64,000 nucleotides of DNA from the IMG/VR virus record IMGVR_UViG_3300023176_007894, positions 32,001-96,000 of that record; one strand, given 5' to 3'. Shown here piece by piece: positions 63,536 to 64,000 of the stretch. Position 1 is the first letter of the stretch; each line of letters starts with the position of its first letter. Source of the DNA: a virus. A program made the position numbers and the translations under genes. The notes under the pieces are model-generated. The model ran no database searches, was not told where the DNA came from, and was given only the letters and a program-made list of their open reading frames with translations.

Positions 63536-64000
63536 TTATTCAGAAATTATAAATGTTGCTGGATTTAATACTGAAGTATTTGCAGAGCGATTAAGTTTGT
63601 CTAGATTAAATACAAAACCTCCATCTGTATCGGTTACCCCAAGAGAGTTACAAACTGTAAATTTATTATTTACATCGTAGGTATTATTGAGCTGAATTCC
63701 GTCTGCGTACGACTGGTATGTGTAAATTGTTCCTCCATTCGCAGCCGTACCTCCTTCGGATACATTTTCAAAATTTAAATTACTTACATTAGAAACAGTG
63801 GTTCCTATCGGAGCTAATCCTGCCCCTAAGCTTGTTGGGGAAGCTATGATTGTTCTTTCTTCAAAACCTTCTAATGTATAGGTTGGATTTGTAGAAATTG
63901 AGGTTGTTGATATGTTTGCTAGATTTGTTGCGGACACCTGCCAATTAAATGTACCTTTTGTATCTGAGTCTGTGACCGTGATTGAGTATGAGTTACTATT
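63536..64000 (-). CDS. 5'-truncated S/T/N-rich protein, probably structural
   Basis: Frame stays open from the window end (NSNSYSITVTDSDTKGTFNWQVSATN...). Confidence 0.6.
   Translation of the reverse strand, partial: NSNSYSITVTDSDTKGTFNWQVSATNLANISTTSISTNPTYTLEGFEERTIIASPTSLGAGLAPIGTTVSNVSNLNFENVSEGGTAANGGTIYTYQSYADGIQLNNTYDVNNKFTVCNSLGVTDTDGGFVFNLDKLNRSANTSVLNPATFIISE

Noticed and set aside
1-64000. tRNA/rRNA genes and alternative genetic code
   Set aside because: No cloverleaf or rRNA-like segment was recognised in the short intergenic gaps (tRNAscan-SE not run); genes are full length under code 11, so there is no sign of stop-codon reassignment

Overview
The whole window is an AT-rich segment of a large, apparently lytic tailed dsDNA phage. 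No integrase, rRNA, tRNA or CRISPR array was seen. It holds a head module (terminase large subunit, prohead protease-scaffold, decoration protein, major capsid protein, and a distant portal) and S74-chaperone tail fibres. Replication genes include a split DnaE with a stand-alone PHP gene, a DnaQ-like exonuclease, DnaB, DnaG, RecA and NrdAB. Also present are a phage sigma factor, proteostasis genes (ClpC-type ATPase, Hsp20, J-domain protein, subtilisin) and glycan genes (gmd, a four-domain glycosyltransferase, two DUF2827). The accessory genes suggest a PVC host (Verrucomicrobiota or Planctomycetota); this is inference. Main observations: (1) a phage-borne exported module of the PVC type (TM-vWA protein, DUF1549/DUF1553 CxxCH protein, two Tat-exported DUF1501 proteins) preceded by the phage's own promoter motif and lying next to a porin operon; (2) a GTGTA-N9-11-ATG motif before at least 15 genes, a candidate phage-sigma promoter for leaderless mRNAs, alongside sigma70 promoters and one sigma54 promoter; (3) an NrdB with class Ic (Mn/Fe, tyrosyl-radical-free) signatures; (4) a SET-domain gene inside the split polymerase operon; (5) S/T-G enrichment in virion proteins that may mark glycosylation sites. 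All family calls come from motif recognition by eye, not from database searches.
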